From NCBI GenBank assembly GCA_036172245.1, contig JAYWIR010000025.1:1984001-2048000 (forward strand): 64,000 nucleotides of DNA. The letters are read 5' to 3'. The translations under genes and the position numbers were made by a program. The notes under the pieces were generated by a model, which made no database searches, had not been told where the DNA came from, and worked only from the letters and a program-made list of their open reading frames with translations. Below are positions 39,900 through 52,499 of the stretch, one piece after another. This DNA is from Raillietiella orientalis (lineage: Eukaryota). How positions within the stretch are numbered: the first letter of the stretch is position 1; every line of letters starts with the position of its first letter.

Positions 39900-40557
39900 T
39901 TCCTGCGCGCACTCTCTTTGCGTGGCTCAGGAAGCGTCTTTTGGCACCGCTTGAACCACGCAGCGAGTTCTGCGGAGGAGGGAAACGGGCCCAGCGCACC
40001 GAAGACAGTGGAGGGTACTTCTCCCCCACCTATTCCTCCTGTTCCTCGTCCTCTTCCTCCCCCTCTTCAAAGCAGGCTGGGAGCCAAGTTGTGAGAAAAA
40101 CCAGAGCGCTCGTTTGTCAGATCCTCGGAGGCATTCGCCAACTTCGGAAGAGGGGGGAGGGAAAACGATGTGATCTTAGGGACTTCGTCGGGATGGAGTC
40201 GCGGGAAGGCTTTGCTCAGGGGCCCGGATCGCCGTCTGCTCTCACTTTCGCGGGAGGCGTCATCTCAGGACCCGACTCCGTGGTTTCCCCTCTCGTCTCG
40301 GGATCGACCTTGTCAGGCGGCAGGGAGCAGCTCCCAATCGAGTCGATGGGGAAACTCCGGGGCAGATGTTCCCGGAACTCGCGGCGTGGTCCCCTTCTTC
40401 GAGAGAGCAAGGCAGTTAATGCGGCCCCGGCTGCTCCCCGGATAAGACTCTCGAATCTTCTAGGAAGATGTAGGCTCCTTGGTACCTTTGGAATGTGACT
40501 TGGGTCTGCTCCCTACTTGTGCGCCCACAGGGAGCAGGCAACCAGAGCAGGTGCTGG
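39900..40557 (+). mobile_element. REL-type non-LTR fragment
   Basis: FAQG...GREQLPI...GRCSRN resembles the QG...ARLxxLP...CRxC region. Confidence 0.35.
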
Positions 40558-41198
40558 AGGTCGCCTGGCTGCAGTCTTCGCGTGTGCTGTGCCAACCGTT
40601 GCAGGTTCAAATCCCCACGTGGAGGATCGACGCCGAGAAATAGGAGGTGCGTTGTAGGTTTCGAGTCCTCCCTCCCTCGGGGTGACACTGGGTGGCCTAC
40701 TGACTTCGGGTAAGGTAGTGGTGGAAACCGGATGCCCAGGATGTCTGGCCAGGATTGGAAGTTGACCCTCCGAGATACTCTCTGACCTCAAGGAATCAAG
40801 GAGCCCTTTAAGGTTCCCCTTCGGCTGTGAAAATGGAGCCACGTACCATGGAGCTGGTTGAAACCCCCTTGGGGGGTTGCCTGCTTCCTTCGGGGAGCGA
40901 CCCTTTAGAGAAATTGGGGAGCGTCTTTTCGGGGTTCTCTTCAGAGAAGGAGGGAAGAAGGAGCAACTCCCTTGCAGGAGTTCCATCCGGAGAAGGAATT
41001 CCTAATGAGCGGTTCCTTTCTGGGTTCCCTTCAGAGAAGCAATGAAGAGTGGGTCCTTTCTGGGGGTCTCTCCAGAGAAAATGAGGAAGACGTTCCCTTC
41101 AGGGTTCCCTAGCAAGAGCCAGAGAGGAACGGACTCCTTCCGGAGCCCTTTCTTAATTCATAGGGTGGTTCCCCTCTGTGGCACCTCCTAACTTGAAG
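40558..41198 (+). mobile_element. SINE-like element, copy E
   Basis: GGTTCAAATCCC B box, AGGATCGACGCCGAGAAA, family core, full tail to AACTTGAAG. Confidence 0.8.
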
Positions 41199-41712
41199 GG
41201 GCTTGCTTGTAGAGTGTGCTGCCCTCCGGCCCCTGCGTTGCGTTAGGCAACGTTCCTTGGTATACCGACGGACAATCCCAGGGACATGATGAAGCTCCTC
41301 TTCGTGCGCGATGCCCTTTTGCCTGCCGCATCCCTGGCAGCTCTTTGCTACCTACGCGGGATTGCGGCGGTCCGGAGCTACGCGAGAGAAGGACGGCAGG
41401 ATAAGGATGCCATCTGCTTCGCCCTATGCTTCCTGAGGGCCCCACCTGGGAGCATGCTCAACATCCTTTCCAGGATGCCGAGTATGCCCTCCAGCGAACA
41501 GTGATCCCTTCCCTAACTCTCCCAATTTTTTTGTATATATACTTTTTGTTTTATTTTTATTTTTGTTTGCCCCCTCCGCTGCCAAGATGAACTCCGCCGG
41601 CCTGCTTACCGGTTACTCGGCAGTTTCCGAGCATTTTCGGACAATGTAGGGCCATCGGCCCTACATATGTTTGTTTATTTTTGGTTATAAACTTCCCTGC
41701 GTCATAAACCCC
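41199..41712 (+). mobile_element. 3' end of REL-type non-LTR element
   Basis: ALCYLRGI...ICFAL terminal segment; T-rich 3' UTR homologous to 56570-56800; flanked by AACTTGAAG direct repeats. Confidence 0.55.
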
Positions 41713-41799
41713 AACTTGAAGAGTTGACGTGCACCCTCGTTAAAGAGCAGACTATGCCTCAGCATGCGGTTTGTTCCAGGCTGAGGCCATCCTTCTCAG

Positions 41800-43200
41800 C
41801 AAAATGTGTCCGTCTTCTCAAAAAATGTGTCCGTGAAAGCGTCCAGCAGCTTCGGAGGCCACGCCAAGAGCCTCTTGGACTCGATCGAGCTTCTGGCAGC
41901 GTTGCACTCTCGACTCGTGACCGACGTCCACAAAGCAAGGCAAGAAAGGCGCGAGAAGGAGCGCGGAAGGACAGCATCCCCTTCCTCGCATCCTTCTAAA
42001 GTCATGGGAAGATCCGCCTCTCGTGGCAGCACTGACCTCGCTGGCGTGTACCTTCCAGAAGAGAACTCTGAGAAAGAAACGACGCTTAGAGAACGATCTG
42101 CTGGCTTTGCCTTGGGATGATCGACGGGACTTCTTCGTGGTCCAGGCATCATGCACGAGACGGAAGCAAAAATGTGTTCCTGGATGCGGCGGGTTCTTCC
42201 TCCGAATGAACACACCTGCAAAGTGCGGAAGGGAGTGCTCTGCTCGTGGTCCCTAGTAAAAAATGGCAGGAAGGATGGCGTCACCAGAGGGAACCGGAAG
42301 AAGGAATATAAAGGGGACTGCAGGGTTGTATATATTTTTCGGCGCTACTGTCTGCATCTTCAAAGTGTTGAGGCGGACGCTCCTGCATCCGAGTGAGACC
42401 ACGTCCATGAATTCGACGGCCATAGCCGCACCGAAACCTTCCGACTACTGCAGACGCAACAAGTGCGCGCGAGGCCATCACCGATGCAGATGGCGTTGCG
42501 CCCGCCGCTGCCAGGGCAACCGAGAAGGCACGAGAGCACTGGCCCGTTAGAGCACGAGCTCGAAATTCACCATCGCTCCATTTCCTGGCTCCTCCTTCAG
42601 AACAAGACCGACTCCCAACAAATTCTCGCCTCGGGATGCGGCAGTCTCCCTCGCAACAGTTCAAGGGAAGAAACGGCCGAGGTTTTGCCATCTGCCCACC
42701 AGCTACAGGACCCTTTGCGTGGGAAAGAGGTGGGGCCGGCAGCAGATCCAAGAACTCCAGATGGCACCCCTGTCAATTCCCTCGAATAAGGCTTCAAAAT
42801 GATGGCCCGCTCCTTTAACCTGCCCCTCATCTCTCCCCCATCAGCACTGGACAACTCCAACTATGGCATTCGGTTCGATTCTGAAGGAGAGTTTTCAAGG
42901 GAAACGTCGAGCCACGGAGGAGGGGTTCGCAGGCGATGCCCGGAAGCGGTCGCGAACCGCTTCAGGTTCATCCAGAGTCTCTGAAAGCTGCTGGACATTC
43001 CCCCCCACGGACCGCGAGCAAACCAAAGAGGTACTTCGCCCTGTCCATCTCGAACGGAACAGGTGGACAAAAAATAGCACCTGACGACAAGTGCACCCAG
43101 ATCACACAGTTCATGCGTTTCACTTCAGGTGACTCACGATACTCAGTGGTAGTAGCGGCATCTGTCAGACCAGCCTCTTGGGCATCGCCTATCACCAGGG
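41800..43200 (-). pseudogene. Decayed hAT (DUF659-like) transposase
   Basis: LTDAATT...MNCVIWVHLSSGAIFCPPVPFEMDRAKYL, CSRAFSVAL and ALLLAP resemble hAT catalytic, CxxH and LLDP regions. Confidence 0.4.
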
Positions 43201-43500
43201 GCCGCTGGTCTCTCCGGACGTTGTGCGGTCCCTAGTGAATTCTGGTTCTTAAGGCCAAGGCCTTTCGTGGGACTTCATATGCCCTTCTCGTCGAGAGAGG
43301 CGTATGCCAATAGTTCTTCCGCGTCACCAGTTCCTCCTGGTCCACTGGACACTTATGGAGTTAGAGCAATCCAGACTTTCCTCTGTCAAAGTCTGAGGAT
43401 GAGTCGGGGTCGTTTCGACCCCAAGACTCCTTGTCAATTCGTTTCGGCGGAGAAGACGCCTATTCTTCCACTTCGGCGGCAAGCAGGACGGCCCCACGTT

Positions 43501-44066
43501 GGCGGCCGCGTGGCTGCGACCTCTGCTCATGGCGCCAGACTGTTGCAGATTCAAATCCCTCCCGGGGAAGGGCTGGTTCCGAGTCCACCCCACCAGATGG
43601 CGCTGGTTGACCTACTCGGGTGCGGCGCTGGTGGAAGCCAGAAACTTCCGGATGCCCCCGTCGACTGGCTGGGATCGGGAATCTACCCTCCAAGATCCTT
43701 CCAGGTATCAAGGAGCGCCGGTTCCCTCCGAGTTCTCCTTCGACTGTGAAAATGGGGCCGCCCCCTCTTCGAGGGAGGAGCTTTCCGTTGCGTACCATGG
43801 AGCTGGTTGAAACCACCCTCAAAGAGTTGCAGAGTGTCAAGAGCGCGCTGCTCCATTCGGGGTTCTCTCCAGAGGAGGAAGCAGAGAGAGGATTCTTCCT
43901 AAGTTCCCTTCGGAGGCAACCAAGGAAATGGATTTCCTTCGGTATTCCCTCCCAAGAGGAGAAAGAACAGACTCCATCCACCGGAACCCTTCCTGGATTC
44001 ATGGGGTGGCCCCCTCCCGGGGTACCCTTTAAATTGAAGAGTCACACCCACCTTCGGGTGGCGTAG
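43501..44066 (+). mobile_element. SINE-like element, copy F
   Basis: GGCGGCCGCGTGGCT...GATTCAAATCCC head, internal deletion, family core and tail to TTGAAGAGT. Confidence 0.8.
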
Positions 44067-45899
44067 CAGTTGCCTTGTGAGCTCCCATGTGGAGACATCC
44101 CTTTTATGTTCCCCCTTCCTCCCATCGAGGAGGCAGACGGTTCTTCAGTGCTCGGCAAACCAAAAAAACGATAAGACCGGGAAAAACCGAAAGAAAAGCA
44201 GCGAAATAGAAGAACTCAGAGGGACTTCCATCATCCTAGATCAACCCTCCCCAAGGGACGCAAAGGACGGCGTAATCCCGGAAAGGAGGGAAGTGAAGAA
44301 GAAACTTCTGGGAGGGTGGACAACTCTGGAGGTGACGGACGCTGTGACCCCGAATTCCCACCCTAAGGACTTTTCTACAATGGGGAGAGCTGCTCGACGT
44401 CCCTCCGGAGGAGGTGAAGTGGCCTCCAATGTGCTGGAGCAGTGGTGCCCTCCCCCTCAAGTGTTAGGAGTTGGCGTTTTTTCATATGAGAATCCCGTGC
44501 AAAGCGCGATTTCACCACTGGACACTTGGGGAGGGAGGGAGGAGGGAAGGTAGCGGGAAGAAGGAGATCCTCTTGCGCCTGCTGTTCAACTGTGCTGCTC
44601 TCCGACTCCTTTGGGATCGCCTCGAGACGATTCTAGGAATCCCAGCGAACGGCCCCAGGGGCATTTTCAGACGCTCTTCGTGCTTGGTATCGCACTGCCG
44701 CCAGCTGTGTCCCTCGCAGTCCTCTGCTGTCTTCGCGGAATCGTGGTGCCTTGGAACTTTAGAAGAGGACCAAAGTAGCAGGGACGGCATCCACTGGATC
44801 TTCCCGAAGACCACATCGCGATGACCCCACCTTGGAGACATACGAACGGAACTTGACAGCAGCATCCCGAACAGGGTGCAGAGGACGCTTGGCAGTGTAC
44901 TGTGACTTCTGTTTTGCGTGTTTTTTTGTGTGTGTGTGTGTTTCCCCCTCCCCACGGTGCCAAAGCAGACCTCGCCGATCTGCGCACCGGTCTTCCGTAG
45001 GTTCGAAGCACGTGGTAGAACCAACGGTTCCACCACCCCAATGTATTTTTATTTCCGTATGAAGTGCCCTGGCATAACCAGGTGATAATTACCCGAGGTC
45101 TAGCGATCTCCCTGTGATACCGCTACTAGTATTTTAAATAAAATAAGAAAGAGAGGGAAGAGGGAGAGGAGGAGTGCCCTCGGAGTTCCCAGGATGAAGA
45201 TCGAACGAGACGAGCGAGCCTAGCACGCCCCCGCGAGCGAGCTAACGCCGCGTGTCTCGTCCTCACCTCCTCCAAACGCGCGAAGAAGGAAGGATTCACC
45301 AAAAATAGCAGCAGCTTGACATGTGGTGCAGGCGCGTGCGACACGGATGAGGGAGCGAAGCCGAGGCGTGGGGTCCACAAACGGGGATTCCCATAACTGG
45401 TCCAAAGAGGGAGCTTGTGAAACAGGGAGGCAGGGGGCTCCATGGGTTTGCAAGTGCTCGAACTAGGAACCAGTGAAATCTGGGGCCTTCCGCAACCTCA
45501 TCATCATTTCTTAACGCAGTGATCGTCGATCTTCTTTCATCTCTGGAATATCATTAGACGTTCACGTATCACCAGCTTCCGCCGTCCGATTTCGATTCTT
45601 GTCGAAGAGGAGGGCGCGTTATGGAGGTCAGAGCGTGCCGTGTTTTTCGAGTCCTCCCCCGATAGCAGTTGCTGCTCAGAAACCTCCCGAACCTCAAAAT
45701 CGAAGGCTGAAGATCGATGGGAGTCCTGCAAAACAGGATACGTGGCCTGCCAGCTCTTTGAAGAGCTTCTGATCGCTTCAAGAAACGGTTTCCAGGTTTC
45801 CCTTCTTGCCCTTGAACACATCACGCGGAATGTCTCGCCTCCGCCGCTTCCAGCTGGCTGGCTGATGTGGAGGATAGATAGATAGATACCGTCCTGGTA

Positions 45900-47690
45900 G
45901 ATGCAGCAGCCGCAGTTTCGACGGCAACAACTTGGTGCCCAGCAGGGAGGTTGGAAAAGCTTTGATCTCCCCAGCTAGAGCGAAGAGGGAGGCACTTCTA
46001 GATGACGTCCACCGATTGAAAATTTGACGTGAGATGGCAGGTTCTTGGCAGGGTTCAAGAGCGGCACCATCTCGGCTCCTCCTCGCGCCGGATGTCTGGG
46101 ATGATGCCGACTCTCCACTGTCCCCAGGAGGACTGTGGTCGTAATGGTGAGTGCACTCTTTGTGCGTCTTCAGGCTGAGGCACAGCGCCTGAGTGCTGGG
46201 AATGCCTGCTGAAGCCACGATCACCGCACCCAGTCCATCCTTGCCGAAGAGCCCCAGTAGCAGGTTTTCCAGTGAGTCTTTGGGATGATTCGGATTGTCT
46301 TTAGCCAGGATGAGTATGGAAAGGACCCTTCTTTTCCTTACCACGAACAATTTAGGGGACACCTCCCCACAGTACCTGGTATCAGCGTTGACAGAAGAGG
46401 ATACCCCGCATGCAGTGGCAGCACCGACTTTCGCTGGACCAGTGATTGCTCCTCCCCTCCCTGTCGAATATCTACTTTTCTGTTTCTGTCTCCTTCTTCC
46501 CACCTCTACCGCCACAGCGTGAACTGGCTTGTGTGTAAGCAGTGTCCCTGACTTGTCCAGCTCGATGGGAACACGTTCCATTTCGTAAGTAAGCTAATAG
46601 TAATCTACTACTCTTGCATATTCCGTCCTTCCATTACTCTCATCATTGGATGATTTTATTACAGCTGGTAATCTAACCTGATACTTGGGAAGTGGAAACC
46701 GTGATCGGAATCCTCTTCCGACAAGCTGAAGAAGTCTTTAAAGGTTTCGGGATTGCATGAGGAAATGCAATGGTAAGATTTTTCTTCCCCATAGCTTCCA
46801 CCGTTTCTTCGACCCGCTCACTTTTGTTGCTGCCTCAAACCCAGTGGCGCCAGAAGATCTAGCTCAGGGCGCGCAGAAATGGACGGACTTTCTCGGCTTC
46901 TCCGGTGGAAACTTCCAGATCTCCTGGTGGACGCCTCCTCGTTTCCTCCTCTCTGCCTGCAGACTGCCATCTTGCTGGGTGCACTGGGGTCTACCCCTGT
47001 AATGAGGAACGCCACAACGCTCCAGCTAGGATAGTGTTCCAAAGGATGCACCCGTCGCGGGATAGTGGCTGCCGGAATGAGGAGGGCTGGGTCGAGGACC
47101 GCGCAGGACCTGTTTAAGAGAGTGCCCACTTCTCCGGACGCACCAATTGTCTCCTCGTTGTCTGTCAACTCTGCTGCGTGCGAGTCGCAGAGATCTCTGA
47201 AATGGAGGACTAGTGCGGCCATCATCCTGGAGAGCGGTCTGCAATCTCCATTGGAAACAGCACATGCGGAGGAGAACGAAACGGCCCAGTGTGGGGTGTG
47301 GAGCACAAAGGACTCTTCGAAGGATTGAAGACAGGCTGACCCGACCTATTTGAGCCCACGATCCCTTCCCTTACGGAGGCAGGCCATCGGGAATCCTTAC
47401 CGTGAGGTCTGTTTATCCCGTTCTGCTGCCTTCCCCCATTTCTCCTTTATTTATTTGTTGGTTTATCCTCCTCTCCCTCCCCTTTTCCCTAGTTCTGTCC
47501 TCTGTGAGGGCAGTCCCTTTGGGTACGGGCCAACGCATGTAGGTCTCCAACTGTATTTGCTTTTATTTTAAATAAATGGTTCAGCTATCCGGGTGAGGTC
47601 ACTCCTGGACGTGTATTCGAGTATGTGAACGCAAAGTATAAAAAAATACCCTCAAGGGTTTTGCTGGATCGCAGGTCGGCCACAGGTCAA
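45900..47690 (+). mobile_element. 3' part of REL-type non-LTR retrotransposon
   Basis: CHLAGCTGVYPCNEERHNAPARIVFQRM (HxLxGC...RHNxxARIV zinc-knuckle/RHN motif), T-rich 3' UTR, AATAAA at ~47571. Confidence 0.7.
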
Positions 47691-49254
47691 AGGAAACAAA
47701 ATTAGTTTAAATTGGTTTGAATTTTTTGATCCTTGGATCCCTGGATCAAGATGAAGAGGTGGTGTAGGAACTGAAGATCTCACGTCCACCTCAGAAAATG
47801 AAACCTTCATGTAGCTGATCCTCACAATGAAGCCTTCTTGTGGCTACGTCCAGCATCCAATATAACAGCAATATGTATGGAACTCATAGACTGGATCGTC
47901 CTTCCGATGAAGAAAACTTGCTCAAGAGCCAAGACTAACTAATGTGGATGCAGATGGAGGTGATTTTGCAAGCGATTCTGTAATCTCATACTCATAGGAC
48001 AAAGAGGGCAGAGCATGAAGATGAAGATGGTGAAGATGGTGGAGGTTTGACAATCTGCCATCCTTCGTTCACTCAATGAAAAGAGATGATTTGCGCATGT
48101 TCTTGGAATAATTTAGCTCTTGGAAAAGATGTCCAGGATGATCTTCGCTCTCGATATTTCGGTTCCAGCATCTCGTTGACTTTATGGCTCACTTGGAAGA
48201 ATGGTTGTGAGGAAGCGTTGGAGGCTAGGAAAGGAATCTCAAGAGGTCCGTTCAGGATTCTGAAACAGATGCAAGCATCTTTGAAAATAAAATAAGATGC
48301 TTGTACAGAAATGTGGGGATCATTTTGAGCACCAACACTAGAAGTTTGTGCTTTCATGGAATTTGTAGAGAAGGAAAATTCTCAACATCGATGTTGAGAA
48401 AAAAGGACACAGACTCTGAAACAGAGAACAGATGAGTAGAGGATTCATGAAAAAGAGGATCGTTGAATGCTCTCTGATAAAGTTGTTACAGCTAACTGCT
48501 TAGTGGCTGAAAACGACCACATGAAACAAAGAGATGAGTGGTTTGAATCTTCTTTCTGTAAATTTATGTGAAAAGAAATGCCCTCTCATCATCTTCATCT
48601 ACCGTTCTTTCTCCAGTTGTATGAAACCAAGAGTTCTGTTTGTTGCATTGGTGACTGCAAAACAGAAAATCATGATGTAAAATCACGCACAATGCATGTG
48701 CAGCTGAGGAAGGAACTGCGTCTGCTTGAGGAGATGGCCCGTTGGAGAACAGACCCGGTTTCGAACGAACACGAGGGGATCAAGAAGAACAGTCAAACGA
48801 TACGTGCACGGAGAGAAATCGTGGGGAACTGTTTCTGAAGACTTCAGTGTACCCTGAGGGAACAATGAGACTACTACAAAAGATTTACAACAAAAGTTCT
48901 CGAGGATTTGAGGAGTGGACTGGAACTGATCCACTATTAACGTACAACACGCATATATTCACTTTGCATCAGAATCAGAAACGGGAAACATTTCTTGCGA
49001 GCACACGCCATAACGTTCAGTTTTGATTCCCTGGAGCACTAGAAGATTCCTTGGAGACACTGGAAGCAAAAACCGGAAAAAGCGCTAAATAAGGAACTGA
49101 ACCGCCGGTAAGGTGGCAAATAGGAGAATAGGCGAATGATACGAGTGGGTCCCCTTGTAGCCTTGTGAAAAAAAGCCGCTGCTTATTTTAAATCATAGTA
49201 ACGTGCACATGGGTACTCCTATCAACAAGATCAAATTGCACGACTGTCTTACTG

Positions 49255-49350
49255 TCAATGCAGAAAGAGAAGAGTGGGGAGCATAAAGAGCGTTTCTGCA
49301 TTGCAAAACTATTCTCTGGCACTTGGTTCTCCCATAGCACTGAATGGCAT
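49255..49350 (-). pseudogene. Cys-rich C-terminal remnant resembling Ginger/KRBA2-like integrases
   Basis: QCYGRTKCQRIVLQCRNALYAPHSSLSA resembles CxCxxKCxxxxCxCxK...CHxSLSC. Confidence 0.25.
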
Positions 49351-49939
49351 GCATAAGCATCAATAAAACATCAAAAGAATGGAAAGACAATCTGCCAGAA
49401 CCAACGCATGGCTATAAAAATAAGAACGAAAATATATGCTATGAAACAAAGTCTTGAAAGAAATAGACAAAAAAAGAGCCGATGAGTGAACAGATTGTCT
49501 CAAGGGCAAACACCAAGTGTTTTTTTCTTTTGTTTTTAGCGCCATAATGTTTGGTATTATCTCTTGGCGGCATCTGCATCTCTTTTATGTTTGCATGCTG
49601 CATCAAAATGAGCATTCGAGTCGAGTGCCTGGGCACATGCAGTTGCATAAAATGATGTTCACATGGGCACTGGGGGGGGTTAGAAGGTGACTGACGTTCG
49701 AGGTTCTTATTCGAATATAACCGGATGTGAAGTGTGAAAAAGTTCTTTCTCACTCATGAGATCTCTGCTGATCCAGGAGAGAAGCACAGGGATGAAAAGT
49801 CTCGTAGAAGGCGAGACGGAAAGCCAAGAAAGGGCAGAAAAGAGTGAAACACTGAAAACTGGCAAATTCAGTGGTAAATACTTAATTGTTGCTGCTTAAT
49901 TTCGTTTAAATCATTTAATGAATTCACTCATGAAGCAGC

Positions 49940-51700
49940 AAATCGCATGTCCCAAGCGAGTTTTCCTTTGGGAATCAGTTCTTTGTCGTTCAGAGGCTTA
50001 CCGTTTCGCAGGAAACAAAGTCCGTAACTGAACCTGCCTGATAGATGTGACAATTCGAAAGGGAGATCCCCATTTGTAAAATATGATGTAAGTGACAGTC
50101 GCCATGAGAACGTGCAGCGCACGTGATTGATGAGTGTCTCTGTGCATCGGAAAGAGAAACAAATTTACCTAGAGTAAATTTGTTTCCTTTTGACTGGAGG
50201 AGAAACACGAGCATTCTTCAGCTAGCAGCATTGGCAGCAGCTCAGTCAGGCGTTCCGCTTCCTGCAGCAGAGAGTGGAAAATCTGAAGCTGCCGAGCAAC
50301 ATGAAGCTGAACCTACGTCCTCCGCACCTATTGGAAAGGACTTGTTCCTTGAGTGCCTCTTGCGCCGGCCCACGAGCACTAGGGAATTCAAAGAAAGAAG
50401 TCCTTGAGCGCTTCGATGATTGTGGTTAGAAACGCAAATAAAACCAGGAGAACTTGAGGGAAATTCGGGAACGAACTTTCGTCAGACAACCTTTTTTTGT
50501 CTTCATGATTGACAATCAAATCAGTTGGTCAGTTCCAAGAAGATTCTGAAAGAAGAGACGATGAGCACATCTGCGAAAGGTCTATGGACTAGTGAATAAA
50601 GCCAGAGTGTATGTGCCTCGGGACAGGCAGCAAAAACAAAGGAAGACACAGTTCCGGATTTCTAAGAAAAGTTTAATAATCATTATGACGCAGAGATGTG
50701 TGGACAGGCAAGGAGCACGAGTGAAGCAGGTCATGTGCCAGCAACATATTAAAGAAATTCATTTCTTAAGAATGGAACTTTGCAGAATTTTCAAGAAAGC
50801 TTCATCCGCATTTTTTTTGTGTTTCCTTCATTTGATTGTGCTCCTATCAGTGAAGTCGTCACACGATTCCAGGGCATCTGCAGACGTTACCGATAGAGCA
50901 TCCATCCTCCAAAGAGAAACTGGAGACTTGAATTCAGTGCCAAAGTCAGTTTGATGCCAACAACTTTGTTCTTGAGCCTTTTCTCGAGTGTAAGGGTTGG
51001 ATCACTCAGAATAAACACTTGGGATCATCTTGCTCCTCCGTTTCGGGAGGAGGGGTTTGGAGTCTGCTGATGTTCATGACTTCTCATAGCAGTTCCCCTT
51101 TGCAGTCAGTGTAGTCACCGCGCTCTCTGCTGCAGATGAGGTAAAACAAAATACCGGGTAGGCAAGAATGCTGAGGTTCTCTGAATGAGATCGGAATCCC
51201 GAGAGAAGCACAGAAGGAAGATGCCAAGTGGGACATGCTGACAAGTCCTCTTGGCTCGAAATTCCTGATCCATGAACGTCCCACCGGCGAATAGCATGTT
51301 ATTCAGGCATCGGAGGTGAACGGAGAAGAATGAATGAGATGAAAGAGACACTGGAACAGGGAGGCGCTGATCAGCAGAAAAAACTATCAACACGAAAGAA
51401 ACAGCACTAACAAGGGAAACCGAACGCAGGGTTGAAGTGACAGGAGGGAGCAACAGCGACGACCCACTTCCATCGAAGAACAATTTTTTGAGAATCCGCG
51501 AGGAGAGGCACTCAAAGAAGCTGAGAAGTTCTCCGCTTAGAGTTGTTAAGAGCAAACATCTGCTGGAAACTCAGGGTGTGTGTTTCGTCCTGAGTGGGAG
51601 AAGCCATCAGACAAAAGTATTGTGCACAGACTGCATGAAGAAGATCTTGAGAAGAAGATCGGAAATTCACTTTATGAAAGTGGTACTCGAAGAAGCAGTA
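49940..51700 (+). pseudogene. Decayed piggyBac transposase
   Basis: MSQASF...LSF (MSRxRF), VIDECL (IDE catalytic), VTD, KTKYRV (YNxTKxGVD), ANSMLF, and terminal Cys-rich CFVLSGRSHQTKVLCTDCMKKI, all collinear. Confidence 0.6.
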
Positions 51701-52499
51701 CAGTTTGGGTAGGGGTTGTAAAAAGCAACGGTTCCGAATTGGAATGGGATCAAGGTCTAAACGTGATTGATGGCGCTGTCATTGTTTGTTGCTTTAGGTA
51801 GCTGGGACAATGACAAATTACTGAAATCCCTTGGAATTGATGAACACCCTCTCTAAAGGAATTCTCTGCCCATCTAAGTTGCGCCACAATTAAGTTCTCC
51901 AGAGACATTTACAGTGATCATCTCCACATCGGAAACCACTCAGATCCCTCCCGCTACTCCTCGCTCACCGACCCCCCTTCCATGACCCTAAAAATACCTG
52001 TGAAACCCGCTTTGAACAAGTAAACGAAGAACATTCCAGTGAGTTTTCTACTATACGTGCACAGAGTGTTGCTATCCTTGCTTCTCTGTGCGTCTTCCAT
52101 ATGATGAACGTTCCCAAAGAGTAAATTCCCCTCTCCCTACGCTAACGATGATGATGATAAATCCCCCCCTCTCACTGTAAAAGTGTCAGTGTTCTTAACT
52201 CCCCACTTGATATTAGTGAATATCACTGTTGTGTAAAACTCAGCCCTATAGACTCTCATGTGTTTATACAGACAAGAGCTAAAGTGACAACAGATAAATG
52301 TTGTGAACAAGTATCACTGACCTTGTTTTAACATAATGTTTAATCTTTCAGTATGGTTACTAAATGTTGCTCTAAGTAAGAGATACTGTGTGTTCTGTTT
52401 GTTGAAATAAAAATAAGTCTCACAAAAAAGAAAATAAATCTCACAGATCGAAGATTAGACTGAGACAAAGGCAGATCGAAAGGCGAATGATGGCCAGAA

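Noticed and set aside
45081..45103. GGTGATAATTACCCGAGGTCTAG resembling nematode SL1 leader
   Set aside because: Several mismatches, no donor or Sm site following, and it lies antisense in what looks like a LINE 3' UTR.
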